From the NCBI RefSeq assembly GCF_030684315.1, contig NC_081365.1, forward strand, positions 47,849,205-47,913,204: DNA of 64,000 nucleotides, written 5' to 3'. Positions 26,993 through 42,100 of the stretch are shown here, one piece after another (the stretch's first letter is position 1; every line of letters starts with the position of its first letter). The position numbers were made by a program, and so were the translations under genes. The stretch comes from Stegostoma tigrinum (taxonomy: Eukaryota). Below the pieces are notes generated by a model. It was not told the origin of the DNA and searched no databases. It worked only from the letters and a program-made list of their open reading frames with translations.

Positions 26993-29049
26993 CTATACTA
27001 GGTGTTGCCATTCCACCAAAACTGCTAAGAATAAGTCTGGGCATGTACATTCTTTGACATCAGATATGCCAATTTGCATCAGGGAATAAGTGGGCACCAT
27101 TGGGATCGTGGATTATATGAGGACTGGGGAGGGTTAGACCATATTGCAGCCTGGATCAATGAGCAAAGAGCCAGTGCTTTCAAGTTGTAAATCAGGAAGG
27201 AGGAAAGGTAAAACACAATCAAGGAATGTCAAGAAGTGAATGGGCCATGGTCTACCGTTAGCAAGCAGGCACTGGAATATCCAGCACCGTAGGCCTATGG
27301 GTCCCAAGCAGTGACATAGGAACTGCTAGCATCATACAAACCAGGTATCTTCTTACCACCACCATAATCTGGCCTAATGATACTAACGCACATTATTAGT
27401 GGCAGATCCGGCTGCATGGGCAGGACCACGATACATAATTCTAAACTATTACATTGCATAATTATTACAACAGTACTATATCAGCAGTACTTTCATTTAC
27501 TGTCAACTTTAGAAGAAACTGCAGATTCCACCCCCCCCGGCTAAAAATTGGTTAAGCTTTGTTGTCAATATCATCACCATTGTAGTTCCATTAATGAAGT
27601 AAAATCATAATATCTGATTAAAATTAATTCCAACAGATTCACACTGGATTGAGGCTGCTTAGCTGGGAGACAATGACATGGTAATATTGTCACTGACTTA
27701 ATAATCATAGAGCCAATACTTACAGGTTCAAATCCCACCACAGAAGCTGGTGGGATTTAAGTTCAATCAATAAAGCTGGAATTGAAGCCAATCTTAGTAA
27801 TTGTGACAATGAAACTTCAAACAATTGCCAAGAAAAGGTACCATCTATGCATTAATGTTTTTTAGTAAATGAAATTTGCCATCCTTACTGGGTCTGGGCT
27901 GCATACAATTCCAGACCTACAGTAATGTGGGCAGGATTTCCCTGAAATGTGGCTGAGTGCTAATTTCAGGGAATTTCATTGAGAGTTTCACTCTGAGCCC
28001 TAGCAAACATTCCCATAGTTTTATGCTGTTCACTTCATTAGGTACACACTCACATTTCTATTCGTGCACATAGATGCACGTGTAGTGCTCAGACCTATAT
28101 CATTCACACCACAACCACCATATATAAACCGCAGTTGCACACAATGTCAAATGCTACCAGCCTGGTCTAAAGTAGCAGCCCAGTTCAATGTGGTGTTCAG
28201 TCTGGGGAAATTATAACCATGCTGTAAGAAGGTTAACTTCACTCTAACTCTACCACTACACCCCTCCCACCTAGTCTCTTGATGGGTGCCTGTTCCTACA
28301 TGCAAAGCAAACTGTCATCAGAGGGGTCAATGAGCTCCCGTACTGAAATACAAGATTGCACTATGTCTGAACTATGCCATGATGATGTGGTGAGACTGGT
28401 GCTTTGCAGATATCAGATTCTGTGGACAGAGGCTGCATGCAGGTCATTACCCTTGGAACATGTCTTGAGATGTTGAAGAATACGGGTTGAGATAGATGCT
28501 CAGAGAAGATCCAGTCAACACCTGTTGACAGGTATCTGCTCAGACATTCATGGCATGAATTGCTCTACATAGTTTCTCTCCAATAACTGGGAAGACAGCA
28601 TCCTGCACTTTTTTTAACCATCACTAATAGCAACTTGCTATGAAAAAGGTGAGATTACATAAGCAAAAGATGCTAATGCATGCAAAAAGTTCCCTTGATG
28701 CTGTAACAATGGCTCTAGCCATTGAAACCTTAAATAGAAAGTTGGATTTTAATTTCTTTACATGGAGAATCTAATTATTTTTCATTTTGTCATATTTTCC
28801 ACGTGTCTCACCATTGTCCACATCATTCAAAGGCTGGGAAATGCATCCCATGGTTAACTTTGAAATGGCCAGATTAGCCACTGAGTTCAAGGACAATTCG
28901 AGATGAGCCACAAATGTTGGCCTTGCCAATCATATCTACAGCCTGTGAAAAAGCAAGAAAAATCTCACTACATCGTAGAAATAAACTCTCAACTGAGACA
29001 GATGGACCTGTTGGGGAGTCTTTAGCTTATCCAAAAGAAGCAAAATAGG

Positions 29050-29700
29050 TTTTGGTAGCCAGGAGGCAAGTTATTTTCCACAGAGTTCCCAGCCTCTGAC
29101 CTGCTCTTTGTGCAGGCTGGTGCAATTAGGTTCTGATCAATGGTGACATCCAAAATGTTGATGGTAGAGAATTGAGCAATGGTAGCAACATTGAATGCGG
29201 AGGGGAGATGATTGGATTCTTTGTTGTTACAGATGATAATTACTTGACACTTGTTTAGGGCAAATATCATTTGACAGTTCTCAGACCAAGTCTGAATATT
29301 GTCCAGATTTTGCTTCATGTGGGCACGAACTGCTTCATTATCTGAGGAGTTATGAAGATCATCAGCAAATATTCTCAATTCTGACTTTATGATAGAGTGA
29401 AGATCATTGACGAAGCAGCTGAAGATGTCACAGGTCATTGGGAAATTCCCACAGTAATGTCTGGTCTAAGATAATTGTCAAGATTGTAAGATAACATTCA
29501 AAATCATTTTTCTTTGCTCTTTGTGTGACTCTAACCAGTGCAAGTTCTCCGTCCGCTCCTTGATGTAACAATTAGTCAAATGCGACTTTCATGTCAAGGG
29601 TAGCCACTCATCTCGTCTCTGGAATTCCTATTTTTTATTCATGTTTGAATCAAGGCTGTGGTAGGCACATAAGCTGGATGATCCTGATTTGGCAGTCAGT
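29050..29700 (-). mobile_element. Old non-LTR (CR1/L2-superfamily) RT fragment; same family at about 38880-39990
   Basis: IFSCFVNDL...IFADD and INILGV.IDQKLNW motifs. Confidence 0.72.
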
Positions 29701-32700
29701 GTGCTGATAGCGACTCCTGTAATACTAGAAATTTAAATTTTTTGCAAGTAAAAAGGTTCCCTACTTCCTCTCAGAAAATGTTTGGTATTTTAAATACTGG
29801 TGGAAGTTTAGCATGAAAAACATATTACAATGTCAATTTTTGGCTACTTTTACTTGAGATTTAAATGGCTTTTGATGGTATCATAGATATATTCTAATTA
29901 ATCTGCTTAGATATTATTACACATTGGAGCAGGTGGGACTTGAACCCTACCTTTTGACTCAGAGATAAACAAACATATCTTATAGTCTTAAATTTGCTTT
30001 TTAATTCACAGAATTATTGGAAAAACACAACCATCAACTAGCAGGCCCATCAAGTTTGCTCCAGTATTTTTCTTCATGTGAATTTTTTTGTAACTTGCCA
30101 TTTTCTGGTGGCATCTATAATATTTAATATTCATATTTAAGTCACCATCTTACTTCCCATCAAAATAATCAGTATAGACTTTTCTGGAACAATGACATCA
30201 TATTTTAGTACTAATAGAAAACGGACTAGAGGGTGGAATAGATCCAACTGGGGCGTGGTTAATTGCTACAATGCTAAAATGTTGCGAATTAAAAACACAT
30301 CAAATAATTACACCTATATGCTGTTCATCATATGAGCATTAGCACTTCTTGTTCGTTCATTTGTACATATGATCAAGAATTGTGAGTAAAAGAAAAGTTC
30401 TGCTTTCTGAAAATAATTTTGGATTTGCATTTAGGGTTTTAACCATCTGCAGTTATTCAAATCTAACACATGAAGCCACAAGAGGATTGCAGTAAGACTG
30501 GAACTAGGTTTTTAAAATGTGGAACAAAGGTACTGAGTGTCACAGATGAACAGTATCAAGTCTCTATATTAAAACAGAGGACACCAGTTTCTTCCCAAGA
30601 GTGTCATCAGAGTGTGGAATTCTCATTCCAAGAAGGTAATAGAGGCTGTGTGTTTAAATTGATTCAAGGCTGAATTAGGTATATTTTTGATTGGCAATGG
30701 AGTTAAGAATCATTTCAGAAAGCAGTTAGGAGTCAACTGCATTTCTGTGGTCTTGAGTCACATGTAAATCAGATGGGTATGGATGGCTGATTTCCTTCTT
30801 AAAGAACATCAGTAAATCGGGTTTTAAAGACAATCAATGAAAGTTTCATGATCACCACTGAGACTAACTTTCAATTTCAGATTTTATTAATTTGTATTTA
30901 AATTACATGAGATGCTGTGGTGGGACTTGAATGCATGTCTCCAGAGTATTAGCCTGGACTTCCCAATTACTTGCCGGTCTAGGCCTGAGATGTTAGCTTT
31001 TCTGCTCCCGAGATGCTGCTTGGCCTGCTGTGTTCATCCGGCTCCACACCTTGTTATCTACAGAGTCTTAGAGTTGCATAGTAAGGAAACAGACCCTTCA
31101 ATCCAACTCATCCATGTCGACCAGATTCTTAAACTGATCTAGTCCCATTTGTCAGCATTTGGCCCATATACCCATCCAGGTGCCTTTTTAAATGTTGTGA
31201 TTGTACCATCCTCTACCACTTCCTCTGGCAGCTCATTTCCATACATGGACCACCCTCTGTGTGGGGAAAAAAAAGAATTCCACTACTCCACCATCTGCCC
31301 CATGAGTCTTCTTGGAATATCAATTTTTCTGAAATAAGAGTACTACTAAAACCCAGTCATTATTGACATGTAGAGATGACATATGCTTACTAACTAATCA
31401 CCAGGACACCACGCTCAAAGCTATCCTGCATAACCTCCATCAATGGTCTGCTGTGGTTTTGCTATTCTATTACCAGAAATGTAGAAATTACTGAACCTGG
31501 TCATGTCAGCTGTGGCTCAGTGGTTGAGTTTCATCTCAGAATTCAGAGATTGTCATCTTTTTTTAACTCTATACTCGAACCCATAGAGCCGCCTGACATG
31601 TTCAGTGCAGTATCACAGTACTGTTCTTTCAGATAAAAGGTCAAAGTGTATTTCTGTCTGTTTTTTCATGAGGGTATCAAAGATCCCAGAATGACAGAGA
31701 AGTGGCCCTAAGATTTTGCTTAGACAGTTTTGGGAAATAAGAAGCCGTTGTGTTCAGTACTAATTCCAAAATCCACTCCCGAGCTATGAAGTCTATCCTT
31801 TTTCCTAGCAGCGATCTGAGATTAAGCCATCCTGTTCATTACCTCAAGTGTCACATTTACTCCAAAAATGAGCCTCAGACATCAGATTCACACCATCGCT
31901 AAGACTGCCTTCTTCTAACATGTGTTGTGTCCCACAGCCCTCCTTCAATTCTGGTGTGTCAAGCATCCTTCATTTTAATCACTCCACCATTGGTGACTAG
32001 AACATCAGCTGTCAAGGCCCTTGGCTCTGTAAAATCCTCCCTGAATGTCTCTACCTTCTTGCCCCCATCATGATGACCCTTAAAAGCTACCTCTTGGACC
32101 AAGGTTTAGCACATCAAATTGTCCTTACTGCTTCAGTAAGGCACTTCTTTGTAAGTTATGCATCAAAACAATTTGTTGTATTCTGGCCAATACTTTTCCC
32201 TCAACCAACATCATCAAGATGGATTATGCAATCTTATCTGATTAGTTAGATCTTTCTGTTATTAGAAACTTATTTGACCCATTATGTAGTTTTGGATTTT
32301 CTATTTTTGTTTCAAATTTCAACATCTGCAGTATTTTGCATTTGATCGATGTTGTTTGTGAGAGCCTGCTTGGTGCAAATTCTGTTGTACTTTCTACATG
32401 GCAACAGTAACTAACTTGATCCAACAGATCATTTGTTGGATTATACCTGGAATGAGTGGATTGTTTTATGAGGATAAATTGGACAGGCTGGGCTGATTTC
32501 CCCTGGAGTTTAAAAGAGTGAGAGGTGACTTGAATGTTACATCTGAGATCTCGAATGTCCTTCACGAAGTCAACATAGAAAGCATGTCTTCTCTTGTAGG
32601 TCAGTTCAGAACTTTGGCGGTGGGGTAGGGTGGGGGAATACCGCTTTAAAATTAGATGTCTTGCTTTCAGGAAAAAGATAAGGAGATTTCGTTTTTCTCT

Positions 32701-34571
32701 CTCAGAGGGTTGTGGAACTTCAGAAAGCAGTGGAGGTTTGTTCATTACATAATTTTAAGAGAAAATGTGGATAGATTCTTGTTAGACAAGGAAATAAGAA
32801 GTTATTGGGGATACTAGGCACATGGAATTAAAAACAACACACCTTGTTGAATGGTGGTGCAGCCTTAATGGGCTGAATGGTCTACTTCTGCTCCTATTTC
32901 ATACGTTTGGATGTTTCATGTGATGTTTCTAGTGTTTGGATGAAGGAAATTAGCATGTTTTATCTTTATGCATGCAGTCGTCACACCCCATTAGTACACT
33001 GTCTCTCCATTCAGATCGTCTTCTCTGCATTCGCCTCTCAACTCAAAACAGGAAAATACATGGGTTCAGGGTGCCTCAAAGCCCTAGGCGAAAATCTCAC
33101 AGTAAAACGCAGCAGGGTTTGCCCACAGACATGCAATGTGCATGCTCACTAACACAGACATATTTTGATACTCGTGAATAAACTCCCAGCTATGAACAAA
33201 CAGTACCATTGCCATGTCAGTACCTTAGTAGGCTGGAGGGATAAAGAACATACCTTGACTTAAAAAATCTGGAGTGGAGTCAAAAGCCAGACTGATGTCT
33301 AAATGTGTCAAAGTTCTGTAAATCCTGCATGTAAGTTAACGTAAAGAGTAATTTTTTTTGTGAAAACAGCAATGGCAGTATTTTATTTACAATGCTTTAC
33401 ATTCCTTTGGACTCAACTGGAAGGTCAAGAGGATATTGTGATGTGTGGGCAGTTAAGGATTTCCATAAACTTGCAAATAAAATCAAAATACTGCGGATGC
33501 TGGAGCCTGAAATAAAATCCAGAAGTTCTGGAAAAGATCAGCAGTTCTGGCAGCATCTGTTGAGAGACAGAAATTGAGAATTAATGTTTTAATTTAATGC
33601 TTCTTTGCAACTGAAGCAAGGTGAAAAATTTATGGTTTCTATATTGTACTGGGTGGTGGGGAGGAGGTGGGGTGGGGTTGAGGAGCAAATGAAACAAAAA
33701 AGGAAAGCCAGGGAAAGATGTCACAGATGTTAAGGAATTTCCAATTGGAGGTCCATGTTCGATGGGCCTTCACCTGTAATTGGGCCTCACAAAGTTCGTA
33801 GCTAAGTACAATTATTCAATCTAATGCTTGCACGAAACAGATCATTTTGTACTCATACATTCTTTGAAAGAAATCAAGTTGAAGAATAATTTAAATTTCT
33901 GTTTGAATAGCAGAATTCTTTGAAAGCATATCAGAAAATCTGCAGCCTTTAATAGAAACCCTTTAATACTATACTTTCATATTTCTTCCAAAGTGTTTTT
34001 GTTAAATATGCAGTGATATAATTGGCTTATTCCTTTTTCACTCAACTTCCCCCACACACTGCTGAAACACATTTAGGGGAAACCAAGGGATTTTATTATA
34101 TTAAGATGTTTTCAATGTTACTAAATGGTAAGGCTTTCAGTAATAGTAGTTACTGAGCCTACACAATAATTACGACATTTTGAAAGATACTTCTCTTCAC
34201 AAAATAATAGCTAAAAACTGGACAGAGTCCATAGGCAATTCGCATCCTGACTTTTTCTTCCAGCCACTTTAGACTTACTACATAATTTTCCCCAGCATGT
34301 CCATCCACCTAAAGAAAGTTCCCCAGTTTCAGTGGAAGACAATAGCTCATTTAAACTTGGTGCTGTTTCTGTACTGGGGCTTATGGAACTTTAAGCAGGA
34401 TTAAAAGTGAGCCATTAGTGTACCTGACTTTCACCCTCTGTACATTTCACTTCTATTGTTTCAGAAATTTAGTGACCATATTCACCTCATGCTGATTTTC
34501 CTCTGAAGTTCAGAATGTTAATAAAACTCAAGGCTGTCTTAATAAATACAATGGGAGTTGATCTATTGGTA

Positions 34572-34795
34572 AATAAAAACCGAAAGAATTATGGGTGCTG
34601 TAAATCAGGAACAAGAACAAAGTTGCTGGAAAACTCAGCAGGTCTGGCAGCATCTGTGCAGGAAAAAACAGAGTTAACTTTTCAGGTCTGGTGAACTGAG
34701 GAAGGGTCACCAGACTTGAAATGTTAACTCTGTTTTTTCCTCCACAGATACTGCCAGACCTGCTAAGCTTTTCCAGCAACTTTGTTCTTGTTCTT
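34572..34795. mobile_element. Short PLE family-B palindrome
   Basis: About 85-bp inverted arms centred on CTGAGGAAGGGTCACCAGACTTGAAATGTT. Confidence 0.82.
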
Positions 34796-35369
34796 AATCT
34801 ATTTGTTACTGATTCCTTTCTTCTGCTTCTATATCTATTCTGCAGTTGCCTAAACACTGTGCCTAAGCTAATTCTTTCTAATAAATTTAAACTAGTATAG
34901 GTGTGGTGTTAAGGGTGTGTTTAATTTTTGCTGACTAATTCATGTTGAACAAGGAAGTTAATTCAGTAATAATTTAATTGTCACAATGTGTTCATTCTCC
35001 AATTTAAAGCTGTTGTTAAACATCAAGCAGAGCCAGAGTTAATGACCAGCACAGCATATATTACCTTAAGAAAGTGAATTTTGGCAAATTCTGAAGCAGA
35101 GCTATTCCATCACGTCTGGTGATTTCTAGCAAGAAGAAGAAAAACAACAAAAGAAAATCATAACCTAGATGATCTCCCTTCATGAGAGGCAAATGGTCAT
35201 TGTCCTATACCAAGAAGAAGCACATAGATCATTCTGCACTGAGGAAGTCATTTGACTCATTGTATCTGCGTCAGCTGTCTAGAACAACTCCAATTCCACT
35301 GGTCCCACTCCTGCCATATTCTTACAATCCTATGACTTTTTAGTCTTATTAAAATTAGTGCTTATACAG

Positions 35370-35528
35370 TTCCAGTTAGTTCAGTAGGATGGACAGCTGG
35401 TGTGCATTTGAGCGATGCCAACAGCATAGGTTCAGTATCTGTTCGGGCTGAGGTTACCATCAACGAATCCCCTTCTCAAACTCTCCCCTTGCCTGAGTGT
35501 GGTGACCCTTAGGTTAAACCAGCACCAC

Positions 35529-35569
<41 letters not shown>

Positions 35570-35615
35570 GAGAGAGTAGCCCTATGGTATAGTAGGACTA
35601 TGATGGCTTTACATT
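35370..35615 (+). mobile_element. tRNA-derived SINE with internal (CT)n; second copy at about 63315-63515
   Basis: Shared gttag.tcag..g...agctgg...gaggttaccat...ccccttgcct...ggttaaac...actatg..g.tttac. Confidence 0.6.
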
Positions 35616-36194
35616 TTGCTTTATCCAACTACCTTTTGATTAAACCTGCCTCCACACCACACTTTTACCATGTGAATTTCTGATCCTACGTACTCTTAGT
35701 TGAAAAAGCTTTCACTCATCTTGCTACTGCTTCTTTTTAGCATTAATTGCAAATCGGTGTCCTCTGGTTCAACTCCTTCCTGAGCAGGACGGTTTCTCCT
35801 TTTCCATTCTATCTAGTCCTCTCATGGTTTTGAATAGGTTTATCAAATATTTTCTCAAAACTTCCCTTCTTGACAGGGAACACCCCTAGCATCTCCAATC
35901 TCGCTTCATAATTTTAATCCTTCTTAACATCATGTTCACAAATTATACATGGATGCTCTCTAATGCTCTCGCATCTTTCCTAAAGTGCACTGTCCAAAAA
36001 CTGACACAATATTCTCATTGAAGTCAAAACCGTTGTTATGACTCACTGGTCAAGCTCTGCTGTTCTCAGAGTCAAGTTAAAGATTTTTATAAAGTTCACA
36101 AAGTTCCTCAATTTACCCGATTTTTAGATCCAGGTTAATAAAAATCATGGACTAAGTTTCTGTGCTGAACAAGAATAACTACCCGTTACAGGTT

Positions 36195-36650
36195 GCTCGG
36201 ACGAAGGGATTGAGTTATAAGGAGACGCTGGATAGGCTGGGACTATTTTCAATGGAGCGAAGGAGGCTAGGGGGTGATCTTATAGAGATTAATAAAATCA
36301 TGAGAGACATAGATAAGGTGAATGACAAAGGTCTTTTCCCTAAAGTGGTGCAGTTAAAACTCAAGGGCATATTTTTAAGGTGACAGGAGAAAGTTTTAAA
36401 GAAGACATGGGGACAATGTTTATACACAGAGAGTGATTTGTGTGTGGAATGAACTGCCAGAGGAAGTTGGAATGCAGGTACAGTTGCTACATTTAAAAGA
36501 CATTTGAATAAGTGAATGAATAGGAAAGGTTTAGAGGGATACGGGCCAAATGCAGGTAACTGAGACTAATTTAATTTGGGAACATAGTCAGCGTGGACTG
36601 GTTAGACTGAAAGGTCTATTTCCATGAGTACAACTCTACGTCTCCAAGTA
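36195..36650 (+). mobile_element. CR1/HER1 3' end
   Basis: GLSYKETLDRLGLFSMERRRLGGDLIE. Confidence 0.85.
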
Positions 36651-37404
36651 TTAGACTCTAGCTACAGTTATAAACCATTGACAATTAACACCACCAATTA
36701 AAACATTCATCCCCTTATAAACTCCACTTTGCACACACACATACAGATGACAGAAAACCAAATGAGGTAAATAGCTTATGGGTAGATCAGGAATAATGTA
36801 AAGACAGTGCAGTAGATTTTGTTCCTGAACTTATGGCTGAGATGATTTTCTTGATTCATCTGCTGTCCAGCACATTGCCTCAGTTGTGTATCTTTAATGC
36901 TTCCACTTGATGGTAACAGACACAAGCTGGCTGACTTATCAGTTAAAAGTCACAACTTACAATTACTGCGGGAAAGAGTAACTGGTTTTCTTCAGGTTTA
37001 TGCATATTTTGACTGCACAACCTGGAGAGACAGCTCCTGAACTGGGGAAGAACTGACTGTGTCTCTTTCTCCATAACTTGCTCCCAGGTCCAAGCTGTCA
37101 GTTACCTGAGAACCAATCGTATAGTTGTTGGCAGGCAAAAATATCTCTGTTAATGATAATTAGACACTAGTCCACAGACTAATCAACTTGTTGTTGCCTG
37201 CAAAAGCTGCATCTGTACAATCCCTCAGTTGTAATTTAAACTTCAATTACTGCTTGTTCAAACAATTATTTACATAATGCTTGACATTGGTGTCAGATTA
37301 GTTGTTTCCAAAACATACAGCTATATCCTTAAACACCAATTTTAGAAACACTTTTTCTCATTTCAGTCCACAAGTTCTAAAAGCACAAATTAAAAAAGAC
37401 ATAG

Positions 37405-37612
37405 AACAAAAAAAACCCAAAGACTGCAAATGCTAGAAATCAGAAACAAAACCAGAAATCGCTAGAAACACTTTGTAGGTCTGGCAGTATCTGTGGAGAA
37501 AAAATTTCGGGTGTTCTGAAGAAGGGTCACTGGACCCAAAACATTAACTCTACTTTCTATCCACAGATGCTGCCAGACCTACAGCATGTTTCCAGCAATT
37601 TCTGACTTTGTT
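37405..37612. mobile_element. Short PLE family-B palindrome
   Basis: Inverted arms, centre CTGAAGAAGGGTCACTGGACCC; TSD-like ttaaaaaaga(ga)cat. Confidence 0.78.
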
Positions 37613-40094
37613 AAAAAAGAGACATGGTTCTTACACAATGCTGTATAAAGATTAACATAATTTTCTTCCTCTTTTAAAGCCTTGAAACCACTCCGCCACT
37701 TTTTAAGCAATTTCTCAAAATGCTTTGGTGCATTCAATGATTACTGTTCATATACACTCAGGTCTCTCTGTTCCTGCATCCCTGCTAGAATTGTAGCCTT
37801 AGTTTATTTTATATTCCCTTGTTCATCCTACCAAAATTAATCACTTTACATTTCTCTGCGTTAAATCTTGTCTATTGTATGTTCACTTATTCCACAAGTC
37901 CTATCTTCTTGAGGTTCACTTCTGTTTTCTTCACAATTCACAATACTCCAAAGTTTTTTGTAAGCTATACGTTTTGAAATTGTGACCTGTAACCAAAGTC
38001 TAGGCCATTAATATAACATTACTATGTTAACTGCGATTCTTTTACTGACTCCTGGGGAACTCCATTGTTCATTACCTCAATTCAAAAAAAAATGAACTAA
38101 GAAAAGATTAAAAATAACTGAGTCTCATGCTGTTCATTTCCTCTTTCTTTTGACAATAATAAAACATATTTTTCAATAATCACCTGAGACATTGACTTGC
38201 TGGAAGTCAGCAGACAGTCACACACTAATGCCTTTCTGCATGTCAGAGACTGAGAAAAAAGGAATCATTAGACTTTTGCCTAATTTCTCAAAATGCTCTT
38301 CACAGGCCACATTTCTAAAGTCCAACTTTCTAATTTTGCAGACAGGTCTCATGCCAAGATTTCAGTGACAAATTGTGCGAAAGTAAGTCTTGGCTCAACA
38401 GGAATATGAGCGCAGGTTTGTGACACTTCCTAAAAATGGATCTACAGTCAAGGAAAATATCTATGTACTATTGTCATGTGAAAACAAAACTCAATTCTTT
38501 GACAATGGATTTTTTCAGAGAAGATGTCATTCAGATTATAGTAAAGTGAAATTGTACATCACTTCTGGAGTAGCTGCTGTATGCCGACGTATGTATCAAA
38601 TTTAACAGGAGCTTGAATTGAGACACACCTAATTTTGTCAGTCATGGCGACTGGTGAGCACAGGGTGACTTTGGAGGACTGAAAGTATGGCTGCTGAATT
38701 TGCAGATGATCAAGATACAGAGGAAAGTAAGCTGTGTTCAGGGCATAAGGAGACTACAAAGAAACATACACAGGTTAAATGATTGTGAAAGAATTCAGAA
38801 AAGACAATAAAATGTGAAAAAATGTGAAATTGTTGGCATGTTGAATACAAAAGCTTTTCATAAAACGTGTTCATGTGTTGCGGGTGTTGCTGGCTAAGCC
38901 GGCATTTATCAACATCCCTGTTCACCCTAGAGAAGGTGTCAGTCAGTTGTTTTCTTGAATCAGTGCAGTCTTTGAGTTGTAAGAACACTTAAAGTGTTAT
39001 TTCAGGACTTTTACTCAGCAACTGTAAAGGAACAATGGTAAGGTTCCAAGTCAGGATGGCTTGTCTGTGAGGAGAACTTGCTAGTACTCCTGAGTTTCTT
39101 CTGCCTTAACCTTTTAGTTTGGAAAAGTCACAGGTATGGAAATAGGTGTGGAAGGACTCTTGGTGAGATGCTTCCATGAGCTTAATAGATGGTATAGACT
39201 GCTATCACTGCACATTGATGGTGAAAGGAAAGAATGTCGAACGTGATGGATGGCATGCCAATCAAGTCCAGAGTAATGCAACCCACTCCTGACTTGTGCC
39301 TTATAGATGTTAGACAGGTATGTGAGTTACTTACTGTAGAATTCTTAGGCTGTGACCTGCTCTTGTAGCTACAGTATTCATATGGCTGATCCAGTTTAGT
39401 TTCTGGTCAATGGAAACTCCCAGGATGTTGATCGTATGGGATTGATTGATGGTAATGCCATTGAATGTCAAAAGACAATGGATAGATTCTCTTTTGCTAG
39501 AGATGCCCATTGCTTGGCACTCAGGAGGCACAGAAGTTACTTTCTACTTATTAGCTCAAGGCTGGATATTGTCCAGATCTTACTGCATGCAGACATAGGC
39601 TGCTTCACTATTTGAGAAATCACAAATGAAGGTGAACATTGTGCAATCACCAGTGAACATCCGACTGCTGACTTTATGATGGAGGGAAGGTTATTGACAA
39701 AGCAACTGAAGATGGTTGGTCTTAGGACACTACCCTGAGGAACTCTTGCAGAGATGATCTGTTGGCTGTGGGAATCACCTAACCATTACCATTATGCACT
39801 GCTTCCACTTTTGGTATGAAAGTAGTGCTGTGTTGTATATTTAATAGGTTGACGCTTCTTTTTTAGGTATGCCTGCTGCTACTTGCATACCGTCCTGCAT
39901 ACTTCATTTGGCCACTGTTGATATCCTGGCTTGGTAGTAATGGTACAATTGGAGATCTGAGGCTATGAAGCTAAAGATTTTGACTGAATTATCTAAAATA
40001 GTGAGAGACTGCAAAGCTCAGATATAGATGGATTCAGTATGGTGCTGCATGTATCATGAAAGGTTAGCATTTATGTACAGCAAGTAATTAGCAA

Positions 40095-40193
40095 CTAAAA
40101 CAGAAATTGCTGGAAAAGCTTAGCAGGCCTGACAGCATCTGTGGACAGAAATCAGAATTAACGTTTCAGATCGAGTGGCCCTTCCTCAGAACT
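40095..40193 (-). mobile_element. PLE family-B arm inserted in a CR1 fragment, 13-bp TSD
   Basis: TSD aagtaattagcaa on both sides. Confidence 0.8.
40157..40193 (-). ncRNA. Minimal hammerhead motif (family B)
   Basis: AGTT-CTGAGGA-A-GGGCCACTCGATCT-GAA-ACGT-T-AATT; stem I AGTT/AATT, stem II partly decayed. Confidence 0.5.
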
Positions 40194-41709
40194 GAAGTAA
40201 TTAGCAATGCTAATTGAATGTTTTAATTTATTGCAATGAGAATTGAATACAAAAGTGAGGAGATTATCCTTCAGTTCGGAAAGGCATTTCTGAGACCACA
40301 TCTGAAGTAAATGAATGCAGTATTGGTCTCCTTATTTAGAAAATCAGTTGAAATATGTTTGGAAGCAGTTCAGCAAAGGTTTACGGGACTAAAACCTGGA
40401 TGGTAGGTATTTCTTGAATAGACTTGTATCCACTGGAGTTCAGAAGAATAAGAGGTGATCTGATTGCAACATATAAGACCTTGATGGGTCTTGACACAGT
40501 GAATATTGAAAGGATGTTCACTCTTGTGGGAGAATCTGGAAGGAGGGGGTCATCGTTTAAAAAGAAGGGATTGTACTTTCAAAACAGACATGAGGTAAAT
40601 TGTTTTTCCTCAGAGGATCCTGAGTCTGGAACTTTCTTCCTCAAGAGGCATTGCAAGTAGATGCCTTTGAATACTTTTAATGCAGACTAGATAGACTGTT
40701 AACAAGCAAAGGGCTGAAAGATTATTGCGGGTAAGCAAGAATATGGAGTAATCAGCCAAGATCTTACTCAATGGTGGAGCTGGTTTGAGAGAAGGAAGAA
40801 CAAACAAGGAGTATGACCTTCCAGAGACTACGGCAGAATGCCAAGGTAAAGACAGATTTAGGTACAAGAGTGAATGGGTCACAAATAATTGGTAAGCAGG
40901 GACCACACATAATTAGTGGAATTCTATACCTTTATCATGAGAGGAACTGAACATATATGTAAGGCTGTTATGCTTCAGTAATACAGGGCTTTGGTGACAA
41001 CACATTGCAAATACTGACTGCAGTTGTCGTCTCCTTTCAGGATGGATTTAAATGCATTGGAGGTACAGTGGTGACTTACTAGATTGATTCCTGAGCTGAG
41101 TGGGTTATGTAATGAGGCTCAGTTGGACAGGCTGCACTTATTTCAACTGGGGTTTAGAAGAATGAGGAGTGACCCCTCTCTCAAACAGTTTAGAGCTTAT
41201 GGGCACTGTTTTAAAATAAGGGGTGACTAAGGAGAGAGATGAGGATTTTATTTTCCTCAAAGACTTGTGATAATTTGGAATCCTCTGCCTTAGAAGGTGG
41301 CAGATGTGCTGTCAATGAATATTTTTTAGTACAGAGTCAGATATACTTTTGTTAGGGAGGGGAATCATGGGTTCTCGGGGTGATTCGGAATGTGGAATTC
41401 CAAAAATGATCAGATCAGCCATGGTTTTATTGAGTTGTAGAGCTGGGACTCAATGGCCTGCTTCTGTTCCTATTTCTTATGTTTTTGCATCTGTAACAAG
41501 GGTATAGTAAATCTAATACAAAAATGTGGATTACTACATCAAATAAATTTTACATTACGAATTTCCAGACCAACTAAAGTAACTTCGTAGTGAAATGCAG
41601 AGCACTGCTATTCATTAAACAATGGTCTGGTTTCTGCTGCTTTGATTTATGAAATGCTCCCATAACACAAATCATTTGTATGAATAAATGAATAACAGAG
41701 ATTCCCCAA

Positions 41710-42100
41710 AACATAGAACATAGAACATTACAGCACAGTACAGGCCCTTCGGACCTCAATGTTGTGCGGACTTGTGAAACCAATCTGAAACCCATCTAAC
41801 CTACACTATTCCATTATCATCCATGTGTTTTTCAAATGACCATTTAAATGCCTTTAAAGGTGGCGAGTCTACTACTGTTGCAGGCAGGGCATTCCATGCC
41901 CTTACTACTCTCTGAGTAAAGAATTGACCTCTGACACCTGTCCTATATCTATCAGCCCTCAATTTGTAGCTATGCACCCTTGTGCTAGCCATCATCATTC
42001 AAGGAAAAAGGCTCTCACTGTCCCTAACCCTATCTAATCCTCTGATCATCTTGTATGTCTCTGTTAAGTCACCTCTTAACCTTCTTCTCTCTAACGAAAA
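41710..42100 (-). mobile_element. CR1/HER1 3' end, target of the Penelope insertion
   Basis: LFSLERRRLRGDL and FFTQRVVRAWNALP; (catagaa)n tail. Confidence 0.88.

Larger units (their letters stand above)
38880..41490. mobile_element. Cluster of degenerate non-LTR fragments (one minus-strand old LINE, two plus-strand CR1 3' ends)
   Basis: LEFRRIRGDLI.TYK motif at 40430-40480; LINE RT remnants at 39330-39740. Confidence 0.7.
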
